Sequence record: ON529851.1
Strand: one strand, 5' to 3'
DNA: 64,000 nucleotides
The notes below the pieces were generated by a model. The model ran no database searches. It saw only the letters and a program-made list of their open reading frames with translations, and was not told the origin of the DNA. This document shows, piece after piece, positions 1 to 6,458 of the stretch; within the stretch, counting starts at the first letter, position 1, and each line of letters starts with the position of its first letter. Position numbers and translations under genes: made by a program.

Positions 1-20
1 ATCCGCCACACAGGAAAAGG

Positions 21-95
21 TGGCCCACCCAGGAGCGCTCGCATCTCCGTCTCGGGGATTTCACTCCCGTGCTAATCTGTCTCAGCTATGAGTGG
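21..95 (-). tRNA. tRNA-Phe(GAA)-like, atypical
   Basis: Acceptor CCACTCA/TGGGTGG-G-CCA, D arm GCT/AGC, anticodon loop with GAA but 8 nt long or bulged, irregular T loop (ATGCGAGCG). Confidence 0.6.
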
Positions 96-96
96 A

Positions 97-180
97 TGGT
101 GGGAAGGGAGAGAATTCGCACTCTCACAGCTTGCGCGGGGGATTTACAGTCCCTTGGGCTCACTCGTGCCCAGCCTGCCC
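97..180 (-). tRNA. tRNA-Tyr(GTA)
   Basis: Cloverleaf, AGGGA-CTGTAAA-TCCCC anticodon arm, long variable arm, encoded CCA. Confidence 0.92.
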
Positions 181-246
181 AAAATGTTACGGCTCAGTCG
201 CCGCCGGTCATGGTGATCTCCTGGATCAGATGAAGGTGTTGGAACG

Positions 247-281
247 GAAAAGGCCCGCCTGGTGGAAACCAGGCGGGCCTT
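247..281 (-). terminator. Intrinsic terminator (attenuator) upstream of the Tyr/Phe tRNA array
   Basis: 13-bp stem AAGGCCCGCCTGG/CCAGGCGGGCCTT followed by a T run on the minus strand. Confidence 0.8.
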
Positions 282-312
282 CGAAACTTGGGTGTTCTAA
301 GTGGGTATCAGA

Positions 313-408
313 TTAAATCTGCGTCCCACCATCGCCCATGCACGAATGGCCCGCCCGGTTAAACCGGACGACCTGAATCTGCTGCACGTTGTTGCGATAG
401 GTGAACAT
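313..408 (-). CDS. Candidate leader peptide MFTYRNNVQQIQVVRFNRAGHSCMGDGGTQI (31 aa)
   Basis: ATG lies at the predicted TSS of the 416-444 promoter; composition biased to F/Y/R/N/V/Q/I; contains an antiterminator arm. Confidence 0.72.
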   Translation of the reverse strand: MFTYRNNVQQIQVVRFNRAGHSCMGDGGTQI

Positions 409-415
409 GAGGAGA

Positions 416-444
416 CATTTACTACAGGTGGCGGGCAGTGTCAA
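416..444 (-). promoter_or_regulatory. Housekeeping-sigma promoter TTGACA-N17-TAAATG
   Basis: Perfect -35 and 17-nt spacer; TSS about 409, giving a leaderless mRNA. Confidence 0.7.
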
Positions 445-446
445 CA

Positions 447-659
447 TTATTGTCGACGATGGACCCAAGTTTTTTCGATCTCGCGATCCCAGACGCCCCA
501 ATTGCCGTCCGTCGGATAGTCGCGGTAGCGCCAGCCGCCGCAGTAACGGCACATGGCTTCGGTCTGGTCAGCCTCAGCGGGATGCGGCTCGCAGTCCCCC
601 GAGACGTCGCACAAAGGCCACCCGTCCGGCCCCAGGGTGGGGTCGTCCGGGTCCGTCAC
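447..659 (-). CDS. Hypothetical protein, Cys-containing (70 aa, GTG start)
   Basis: GTGA overlap with the stop of 656-952; CxxC motif. Confidence 0.6.
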   Translation of the reverse strand: MTDPDDPTLGPDGWPLCDVSGDCEPHPAEADQTEAMCRYCGGWRYRDYPTDGNWGVWDREIEKTWVHRRQ

Positions 660-952
660 AGCGTGTAGTCGACAGCGGGGTCGGGAAGCCAGACCTCTTC
701 CAGCAGACGTTCCTGCCACTGGGCCTCGTGGTCCCAGGACAGGATCACGCCGGACCGCGTTTCGCTGCCGTCGGTCAGCGTCGCGCAGCCGTAGACGTCA
801 AAGGGAGGCGCGCCATCATAGGAATGATGGCGCAAGGTATAGTGATGGGGACCGTTGCCGCCGCACCAGCGCACCAGAACTTTCGCTCCGTCGGGGAGAG
901 CGCGGATTTCGGCCGGGGTCAGCCTGGGGGTATCGGGGACGGCGTGGGTCAT
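656..952 (-). CDS. Hypothetical protein (98 aa)
   Basis: ORF translationally coupled to neighbours. Confidence 0.7.
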   Translation of the reverse strand: MTHAVPDTPRLTPAEIRALPDGAKVLVRWCGGNGPHHYTLRHHSYDGAPPFDVYGCATLTDGSETRSGVILSWDHEAQWQERLLEEVWLPDPAVDYTL

Positions 953-1215
953 CAGGCGGGGTTCGGCGGCGTATACGGCATGGGGCGCAGACGGGGCTCG
1001 GTGCGCGGATGACTGATTCCGGTCGGCATGATGTTCAGTTGCAACCCGGCGCCCCGGCGCAGCAGCATCATGAAGTCATGGGCACGCACAGCCTCGGCCG
1101 GCGAGGCGAATACCAGTTCGATCAGCACGCGATTGCTGTCGGTGCTGCACGCGGTCGCGATCTCGTCAGGCTCCAGGTCCAGAGCCTGCGTGGGACTGAT
1201 GTTGAGCCGGCTCAT
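952..1215 (-). CDS. Hypothetical protein (87 aa, MSRLNISP...)
   Basis: ATGA overlap with the def stop. Confidence 0.65.
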   Translation of the reverse strand: MSRLNISPTQALDLEPDEIATACSTDSNRVLIELVFASPAEAVRAHDFMMLLRRGAGLQLNIMPTGISHPRTEPRLRPMPYTPPNPA

Positions 1216-1754
1216 GCGCGTTTCATCCGACGCACGTTGTCCTGGTGCTTCTTCAGCAGCATCGCCCGCTTCAGCGGCGAGACCCGGTCGATGTTGCGCA
1301 CCCCGTCCAGGTGGTCCATCTCGTGCTGAAGGCAAATGGCCTTGTAGCCCTTGCCGGAGAGGCTCTGCATACGGCCGTGAATGTCCTGGTATTCGACCGT
1401 CACTTCCCGATGCCGTCGCACGGGGAAAAAGACGCCCGGCATGGACAGGCATCCCTCCGGCATCTCGATCATGTCCTCGGACTTGTCGACGAACGTCGGG
1501 TTGATCAGGATCAGTTTGGGACGATCGACCATGGCGTCCTGCACCGGCAGGCCGACATCCGGCAGGTCGATCATGGTGAAGATGCGCAAGGGCACGCCGA
1601 CCTGAACGGCGGCGAGCCCCGCGCCTTCCGCCAGCAACATGGTGTCGACCATGTCGAAGCAGAGCGCCCGCACCTCGTCGGTGATCTCGAAGACCGTATC
1701 AGAGGGCTTCGTCATCCGGGCGTCGGTGCAGGGGATGATCTGGCGCAGCGCCAT
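1212..1754 (-). CDS. def: Peptide deformylase
   Basis: Motifs GAGLAAVQVG, EGCLS and QHEMDHLDG. Confidence 0.95.
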   Translation of the reverse strand: MALRQIIPCTDARMTKPSDTVFEITDEVRALCFDMVDTMLLAEGAGLAAVQVGVPLRIFTMIDLPDVGLPVQDAMVDRPKLILINPTFVDKSEDMIEMPEGCLSMPGVFFPVRRHREVTVEYQDIHGRMQSLSGKGYKAICLQHEMDHLDGVRNIDRVSPLKRAMLLKKHQDNVRRMKRA

Positions 1755-1981
1755 TAGGGCAGGCTCCCCAGGCCGCCGGCGGCGGAAGCCCGCCCATCAC
1801 GCCAGCGGCCGACGGCGCTGACCATCCGATCGGCCTGGCCCTCGACGACTTCCAAGACGTCGATCGCCTGCATCAGCGCCATGCGCGCGTCTTCCAGGTC
1901 AAGGTCCTGGAGTTTGACAATGCGGCCCCGCACCACGACCTGATAGTCGTGGTACGGCGCCCGTTCGGCCACTTCGGACAT
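1754..1981 (-). CDS. Hypothetical protein (75 aa)
   Basis: ORF coupled to def. Confidence 0.65.
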   Translation of the reverse strand: MSEVAERAPYHDYQVVVRGRIVKLQDLDLEDARMALMQAIDVLEVVEGQADRMVSAVGRWRDGRASAAGGLGSLP

Positions 1982-1984
1982 GGC

Positions 1985-2278
1985 TCAGATTTCGCCGAGC
2001 GCGCTCAGGTACAGGTCCAGGATGGCGTCTTCTTCCTGGCGCTTGGCCTTGTCCTGCTTGCGCAGGCGCAGCACCTTGCGCAGAATCTTCACGTCGTATC
2101 CCTCGCCCTTGGCTTCGGCGAAGACTTCCTTCATGTCGACCATGACGGCCTGCTTGTCCTCTTCGAGGCGCTCCAGCCGCTCGATGATCGAGCGCAGGCG
2201 GCCCTGGGCGGAGGCGGTCAGGGCGTCGTCGGCCGACATGGCGTTGGCGGGCTCGACGCCGGTGGTGGTCTCGGTCAT
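1985..2278 (-). CDS. gapR: GapR / DUF2312 nucleoid-associated protein
   Basis: LRSIIERLERLEEDK...EVFAEAKGEGYDVKILRKVLRLRK...EEDAILDLYLSALG is the DUF2312 signature. Confidence 0.9.
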   Translation of the reverse strand: MTETTTGVEPANAMSADDALTASAQGRLRSIIERLERLEEDKQAVMVDMKEVFAEAKGEGYDVKILRKVLRLRKQDKAKRQEEDAILDLYLSALGEI

Positions 2279-2302
2279 AGGTCTCTCGGGGTTGGTCGCC
2301 GG

Positions 2303-2548
2303 TTATCCGGTGATGAGGAAACGGAGGACGGCGAGAAGTTCGCGGTCCGCATCAGGCTGTAGGGCCTTCTGGTCGATGAGGCGCAGGGCGGCGTTCTTGC
2401 GCGCCTGCTTCTTGGCGGCGTGGACGCCGAGAGTTTGCGCCAAGGCGCGCATCTCGGTCTCGTCCACATAGGCGCCGAGCGCATCCCCATACCGCCGGTT
2501 GGCGGGATAGGTGGCGTAGTCGGGGGCGAGCGGCGGTAGGCCGTCCAT
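2303..2548 (-). CDS. Hypothetical protein (81 aa)
   Basis: ATG coupled to the upstream stop. Confidence 0.6.
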   Translation of the reverse strand: MDGLPPLAPDYATYPANRRYGDALGAYVDETEMRALAQTLGVHAAKKQARKNAALRLIDQKALQPDADRELLAVLRFLITG

Positions 2549-2724
2549 CACATGTCTCCACAAGGATCGTGCAGGGTGTCGCCCTGGTCGAGGTCCTCGA
2601 CGAAACGGCCGTCCCGGAAACGACCGGTGGTGGTCTGGCCGTTGAGCCGGCGCACGACCCGCAACTGATGGTCCAGCCAGTAGTAGGGCACGCCCCACGC
2701 CTCGCGGTAGACCGGCTCGGTCAC
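2548..2724 (-). CDS. Hypothetical protein (58 aa, GTG start)
   Basis: GTGA overlap with the stop of 2721-2981. Confidence 0.55.
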   Translation of the reverse strand: MTEPVYREAWGVPYYWLDHQLRVVRRLNGQTTTGRFRDGRFVEDLDQGDTLHDPCGDM

Positions 2725-2981
2725 GAGTAGGTCGCGCCTGAAGCGCGAACCACCAGATCGGCGACAGGTTTGCCGTGGGCGACGATCATCTCGTCGTAGG
2801 TGTTGATGTGGAAACGCATCAGGGCGTTGTCGACCGTCTGCCAGGCGTAGGCCTTCCACGCGTCGCGGGCGTCTTCGCGGCGCGTGAAAGACCCCACGAA
2901 GATGATCTTGCGCGGATCGCGGAAGGCTTCGTCGCGGGGATGGGGGTGCTCGCCCCCATAGACGTAATAGGTGTCAGGCAT
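2721..2981 (-). CDS. DUF4170-like protein
   Basis: VYGGE...F.DP..I.FVGSF...DA..AWK..AWQTVDNALMRFHI resembles alphaproteobacterial DUF4170 (from memory). Confidence 0.7.
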   Translation of the reverse strand: MPDTYYVYGGEHPHPRDEAFRDPRKIIFVGSFTRREDARDAWKAYAWQTVDNALMRFHINTYDEMIVAHGKPVADLVVRASGATYS

Positions 2982-2983
2982 GC

Positions 2984-3871
2984 TTACAAAGTCACGATCA
3001 ATCGGGGATTGAAGTTCGGGTTCAGTTCATGCCCGACATAGCCGCGCGGATTGCAGATCACGCGGGTCTCGCCGATCTGGTAGTCGCTGCTGTCATGCAT
3101 ATGACCATGGACCCACAGGGCGGGCTCCCATTCCAGCATCAGCGGCTCCAGCCGCGAGGCGTAGGCCGGGTTCAGCGGCGATCCCCGATAGCGATGGTGG
3201 CTCGACTGCTCCGACGGCGCATGGTGAGTAATCACCACGGTCGGGCCGTCATGCGGAACCCGTAGCGTTTCGGCCAGGAAGAACCGGCTCTCCAGGTGAA
3301 GGCGCCGCGTGTCTTCCGCCGTCAGGCGCTGCTGCTGCTTCAGTTCGATCTGCTGATAGTCGTTCATATCGGACTGGGCGTGCCGGATCGACAAGGGCCA
3401 GGTCCCGTAGAGATCGAAGTCGGTCCACAGGGTGGCGCCGAGGAACCGGACGTCGCCCATATGGACCTGCTCGTTATCCATGACGAAGACGCGGGCGGGC
3501 GCCAGTTCGTCCGCCTTGGCCTTCATCTTCTCGATGTGGCGGTGGTAGCGCCGCTTGCCGTAGAACTCGTGGTTGCCCGGCACATAGAGGCAAGGGACGT
3601 CAGGGAAATGACGCGCCAGCCAGATCACGCCGACGACGCCCGTCGCCAGGTCGCCGGCGGCGATGACCAAATCGATCTCGTCCGCCGTCGGCGCCGTCCA
3701 GGTGCGCCGGTCCATGCCGCCGAACTCCAGATGGAGGTCCGACAGGATCAGGGCGCGCAAGGGCCGTCGTCCGGACCGGCGCTGCGCCAGGCCGGCTTCG
3801 ATGTCGGCCTGCATGTCGGCCGCAGCCGCCACGGTGAACTCCATCTCAGCCTTGCTCCACTCGGTCTCCAT
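2984..3871 (-). CDS. Calcineurin-like metallophosphoesterase
   Basis: Motifs SDLHLE, AGD, VPGNHE, THHAP and HGHMH. Confidence 0.92.
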   Translation of the reverse strand: METEWSKAEMEFTVAAAADMQADIEAGLAQRRSGRRPLRALILSDLHLEFGGMDRRTWTAPTADEIDLVIAAGDLATGVVGVIWLARHFPDVPCLYVPGNHEFYGKRRYHRHIEKMKAKADELAPARVFVMDNEQVHMGDVRFLGATLWTDFDLYGTWPLSIRHAQSDMNDYQQIELKQQQRLTAEDTRRLHLESRFFLAETLRVPHDGPTVVITHHAPSEQSSHHRYRGSPLNPAYASRLEPLMLEWEPALWVHGHMHDSSDYQIGETRVICNPRGYVGHELNPNFNPRLIVTL

Positions 3872-3891
3872 CGTGGAGCATCCTTGAAATC

Positions 3892-4010
3892 TGGAGCGGG
3901 TGGACAGACTCGAACTGCCGCCTCCGGGTTAGCCACCCGGCGCTCCTGGGTCCACGCGAACCCCCGACGATGATTCGCGTGATCATCGTCGGCCCTAGAG
4001 CCTCACCCGC
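3892..4010 (-). ncRNA. tRNA-like RNA with a structured insertion replacing the D loop
   Basis: Acceptor GCGGGTG/CACCCGC-T-CCA, D stem GCTC/GAGC, anticodon arm CCGGG-TGGCTAA-CCCGG, T arm GGCAG-TTCGAGT-CTGTC; the 52-nt D loop holds an 11-bp hairpin. Confidence 0.75.
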
Positions 4011-4122
4011 ATAAGTTGGCAGGAGTTTTCAGATATGGCGAGCCATACCCAGGGCGACCCTCCTGCCAGGAACCCCCGTCTCGGTTTCTTTCACCGGCCC
4101 CGACACGAGCACCTGTCAAAGC

Positions 4123-4203
4123 CTATTTAGCCGTCAGGCTTGTGAGAACAAGAGAGGCGATTAGGCGCCTCTCGATGAACCACGTTGCGGACGGACGTAA
4201 CAT
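4123..4203 (-). CDS. Possible small ORF MLRPSATWFIERRLIASLVLTSLTAK
   Basis: Just downstream of the promoter at 4216-4245; contains an 8-bp hairpin. Confidence 0.3.
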   Translation of the reverse strand: MLRPSATWFIERRLIASLVLTSLTAK

Positions 4204-4215
4204 CGGCTTGCCGTG

Positions 4216-4245
4216 ATTACTGGCAGACGGCGCCGTAGCTGTCAA
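4216..4245 (-). promoter_or_regulatory. Sigma70-type promoter (TTGACA...AGTAAT)
   Basis: Perfect -35 immediately after the 4250-4284 terminator. Confidence 0.55.
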
Positions 4246-4249
4246 CAAT

Positions 4250-4284
4250 GAAAAACGCCCCGACCTTTCGATCGGGGCGTTCTT
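4250..4284 (-). terminator. Intrinsic terminator ending the main tRNA array transcript
   Basis: AACGCCCCGA/TCGGGGCGTT stem with a T run on the minus strand. Confidence 0.75.
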
Positions 4285-4595
4285 CAGAGATTCGCCATCC
4301 ACTGCTTGCGGCAGCGGGTGTGGTCCTTCCAGGACTTGCCGCCGGGACGCGACGCCATGAGGTCGTCGTAGGACGACGGCAGGACCATCCGGCGGCCACG
4401 GGCGCGGTAGAGGCGGTCGTGGGCTTCGCCGGTGTTGCGACGCCGCTCCTGCATGGTGCGGGGGCAGCGATGCATGTAGCGCCAGCGATGGCGGAAACGC
4501 CGGCAGCGGTAGGGCTCGCCGGGCTCCAGGTAGAGGACGCGCCAGCCCACGAAGTAGAAGCCGGTGTGGGTGACGCGTTCGAATTGGGGCTTCAT
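4284..4595 (-). CDS. Arg-rich hypothetical protein (103 aa)
   Basis: Strong SD AGGAGG; LPSSYDD...SWKDH...KQW pattern seen in phage proteins. Confidence 0.75.
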   Translation of the reverse strand: MKPQFERVTHTGFYFVGWRVLYLEPGEPYRCRRFRHRWRYMHRCPRTMQERRRNTGEAHDRLYRARGRRMVLPSSYDDLMASRPGGKSWKDHTRCRKQWMANL

Positions 4596-4620
4596 GACAG
4601 CCTCCTGCTAGGTTGAGTAC

Positions 4621-4656
4621 CTAGCGGGTGCTGTATTCCAGGTAGAATTTGATCAT
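4621..4656 (-). CDS. Possible uORF MIKFYLEYSTR
   Basis: AGGA SD; its stop sits in a hairpin next to the SD of 4284-4595. Confidence 0.3.
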   Translation of the reverse strand: MIKFYLEYSTR

Positions 4657-4695
4657 GGCCGCATCCTATCTCAAGCGGGGCGGTTCGTCGAGGAA

Positions 4696-4784
4696 TGGCG
4701 GATGGGGCAGGGATCGAACCCGCGTAACCCTCTCGGGTGTCGACCGCTTAGCAAGCGGCTGCCTTACCTCTCGGCCACCCATCC
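4696..4784 (-). tRNA. tRNA-Ser(GCT)
   Basis: Cloverleaf, loop TT-GCT-AA, long variable arm, G73-CCA. Confidence 0.93.
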
Positions 4785-4791
4785 GGGGTGA

Positions 4792-4876
4792 TGGCGGTGC
4801 GCCAGGGAATCGAACCCTCAACCTTGCGGTCGGCGACGGTTTTCAAGGCCGCTTGTCCCCATGGACGCTGCACACC
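4792..4876 (-). tRNA. tRNA-Ser(TGA)
   Basis: Loop CT-TGA-AA, long variable arm, G73-CCA; irregular D arm. Confidence 0.85.
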
Positions 4877-4881
4877 AAAGA

Positions 4882-4972
4882 TGGCGGACGGCACGCGATT
4901 CGAACGCGTGGGACCCAGGGGGTCCGCCTGCTTTCCAAGCAGGTGCCTTAAGCCGGGCTCAGCCAGCCGTCC
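4882..4972 (-). tRNA. tRNA-Ser(GGA)
   Basis: CCTGC-TTGGAAA-GCAGG, long variable arm, CCA. Confidence 0.93.
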
Positions 4973-4977
4973 GGTGT

Positions 4978-5195
4978 TGGTGGAGGCGAGGGGATTCGAA
5001 CCCCCGTAGACGCCGAACCCCCGCATTACCGAGGGCCGATCTCAGGTTTAGAACGCGTGTGCCGTCCTGACCATCTTCCGCAGGCCAGGAGGTCTATCGT
5101 AACGACCCCGTCGATCGGTTGCCTCTGCGTCCCGGATTTACCCGGACCGTTGTTCTGTTCCACGGTGCTCATGCCGAAACCCGAGCGACGCCCCC
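4978..5195 (-). ncRNA. Compact one-piece tmRNA-like RNA (218 nt)
   Basis: GGGGGCG/CGCCTCC-A-CCA acceptor with G3:U70, canonical T arm, no anticodon arm, tmRNA-like 5' end GGGGGCG..GGGTTTCGGC, internal GCA-started frame at 5122-5048. Confidence 0.62.
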
Positions 5196-5205
5196 GTGAA
5201 GGAAA

Positions 5206-5293
5206 TGGAGGATGGTGTGGGATTCGAACCCACGGAACCTTGCGGTCCTCCGGCTTTCGAAACCGGCGCGATCGGCCACTCCGCCAACCATCC
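5206..5293 (-). tRNA. tRNA-Ser(CGA)
   Basis: CCGGT-TTCGAAA-GCCGG, long variable arm, CCA. Confidence 0.92.
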
Positions 5294-5300
5294 AGAACAG

Positions 5301-5489
5301 TCAGGCCGAGGCCGGACTGTAGTTGTCGATGTCGTCGACCCGGATCGCCGTGCCCGCCGCAATCTGGCGGTCGGCGCTCAACAGGTCGGCGACCAGGTCG
5401 TCGGCCGAGACGGCGGTGCCGAGGGTGGCGAACTTCACGTTCACCAGGCGGCCGTCCGCAAACATCTCGTCGATCGCGGCGCGATCCAT
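5301..5489 (-). CDS. Hypothetical protein (62 aa) within the tRNA array
   Basis: ATG with SD AAAGGT; fills the gap between tRNAs. Confidence 0.7.
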   Translation of the reverse strand: MDRAAIDEMFADGRLVNVKFATLGTAVSADDLVADLLSADRQIAAGTAIRVDDIDNYSPASA

Positions 5490-5522
5490 GATAGACCTTT
5501 CTGCCGGACGCGCCGGCGGTGA

Positions 5523-5593
5523 TGGTGGAGACAGTGGGGCTCGAACCCACCAAGGCGTCCTTGCAAAGGATGCCTGCGCCCTGCGCTGTCCCC
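5523..5593 (-). tRNA. tRNA-Ala(TGC), minimal D loop
   Basis: GGGGACA/TGTCTCC with G3:U70, loop TT-TGC-AA. Confidence 0.85.
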
Positions 5594-5630
5594 GTAGGGG
5601 TTGATCGTCAGCCATGCTGACAACCATTGT

Positions 5631-5706
5631 TGGTCCTGGCACTCAGATTCGAACTGAGCCATCGTGCTCCACAAACACGCGCCTCCACCGCAGAGGCTTT
5701 ACCAGG
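5631..5706 (-). tRNA. tRNA-His(GTG)
   Basis: CGTGT-TTGTGGA-GCACG; A73 and no encoded G-1. Confidence 0.88.
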
Positions 5707-5708
5707 GT

Positions 5709-5796
5709 TGGTCGCGACGACAGGGATCGAACCTGCCCGGCCTCTCGGCCACTACCACCTCAAGGTAGCGCGTCTACCAGACTCCGCCACGTCGCG
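5709..5796 (-). tRNA. tRNA-Leu(GAG)
   Basis: CTACC-TTGAGGT-GGTAG, long variable arm. Confidence 0.92.
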
Positions 5797-5805
5797 ATCG
5801 AATGT

Positions 5806-5891
5806 TGGTGCCCGACCCCGGACTCGAACCGGGACGCCACGAGGGCCACGCCTTTTGAGGGCGCTGTGTCTACCGTTCCAGCCAGACGGGC
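5806..5891 (-). tRNA. tRNA-Leu(CAA)
   Basis: GCGCC-CTCAAAA-GGCGT, long variable arm. Confidence 0.92.
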
Positions 5892-5900
5892 AGTGAAAGA

Positions 5901-5987
5901 TGGTGCGGGTGAGAGGATTCGAACCTCCCCGGCACAAAGGCCACGAGTACCTGAGACTCGCGCGGCTACCAACTTCGCCACACCCGC
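5901..5987 (-). tRNA. tRNA-Leu(CAG)
   Basis: CGAGT-CTCAGGT-ACTCG, long variable arm. Confidence 0.92.
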
Positions 5988-5992
5988 ATTTT

Positions 5993-6074
5993 TGGAGAAC
6001 CCTGGTGGAGTCGAACCACTTGCGCCTGGATTAAAAGCCCAATCCCGGCCACCCGGATTTAACGCTCAAGGTCC
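5993..6074 (-). tRNA. tRNA-Lys(TTT), enlarged D region
   Basis: TTGGG-CTTTTAA-TCCAG; acceptor GGACCTT/AGGGTTC with wobble pairs. Confidence 0.72.
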
Positions 6075-6087
6075 CCTAAAATGATGT

Positions 6088-6178
6088 TGGTGAACGTGGT
6101 CGGACTCGCACCGACGATGAAGGTTGTAACCTAACGGGATTAAGAGCCCCGGCCTCTCGCTACTGAGGTGACACGTCC
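6088..6178 (-). tRNA. tRNA-Lys(CTT) with long variable arm
   Basis: CGGGG-CTCTTAA-TCCCG, 19-nt variable region, T loop TGCGAGT. Confidence 0.8.
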
Positions 6179-6216
6179 AAAACTGTTGTTCTTCTCCTGA
6201 AGACTTGATATGTGCA

Positions 6217-6287
6217 TGGAGCCGGCGGACGGTGTCGAACCGTCCCATGTCCACTACGAAAGGTCAGCCCTGCCACCAGGCGCCGGC
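6217..6287 (-). tRNA. tRNA-Thr(CGT)-like, degenerate
   Basis: GCCGGCG/CGCCGGC acceptor (Thr-type G1,C2,C3), good T arm, loop TT-CGT-AG with two stem mismatches. Confidence 0.55.
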
Positions 6288-6295
6288 GTTGTTGT

Positions 6296-6366
6296 TGGTG
6301 CCAAGGGAGGGAGTCAAACCCTCGCTGAACCCATACCAAGGGCTCGACCGATCACCCGGCCTTGGC
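6296..6366 (-). tRNA. tRNA-Thr(GGT)
   Basis: AGCCC-TTGGTAT-GGGTT; short D arm; CCA. Confidence 0.8.
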
Positions 6367-6374
6367 GTTGAAGA

Positions 6375-6449
6375 TGGTCGGAACACCGGGATTCGAACCT
6401 GGGACCCCTAGCTTCCCGAGCCAGTGCGCTACCGCTGCGCTACATTCCG
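6375..6449 (-). tRNA. tRNA-Pro(GGG)
   Basis: C1:G72, CTGGC-TCGGGAA-GCTAG. Confidence 0.92.
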
Positions 6450-6458
6450 ATTTGAAGA

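Noticed and set aside
1-15. 5' end of another minus-strand tRNA (TCCTGTGTGGCGGAT)
   Set aside because: Truncated by the window edge, so it cannot be confirmed or assigned.
409-552. 5' extension of ORF 313-552 (79 aa)
   Set aside because: It overlaps gene 447-659 and the promoter; the ATG at 408 coincides with the predicted TSS.
5040-5080. Amber-suppressor or Sec-like tRNA (TT-CTA-AA loop, GGAAGAT start)
   Set aside because: No anticodon stem forms around CTA, and the 3' acceptor strand pairs with GGGGGCG at 5189-5195 instead.
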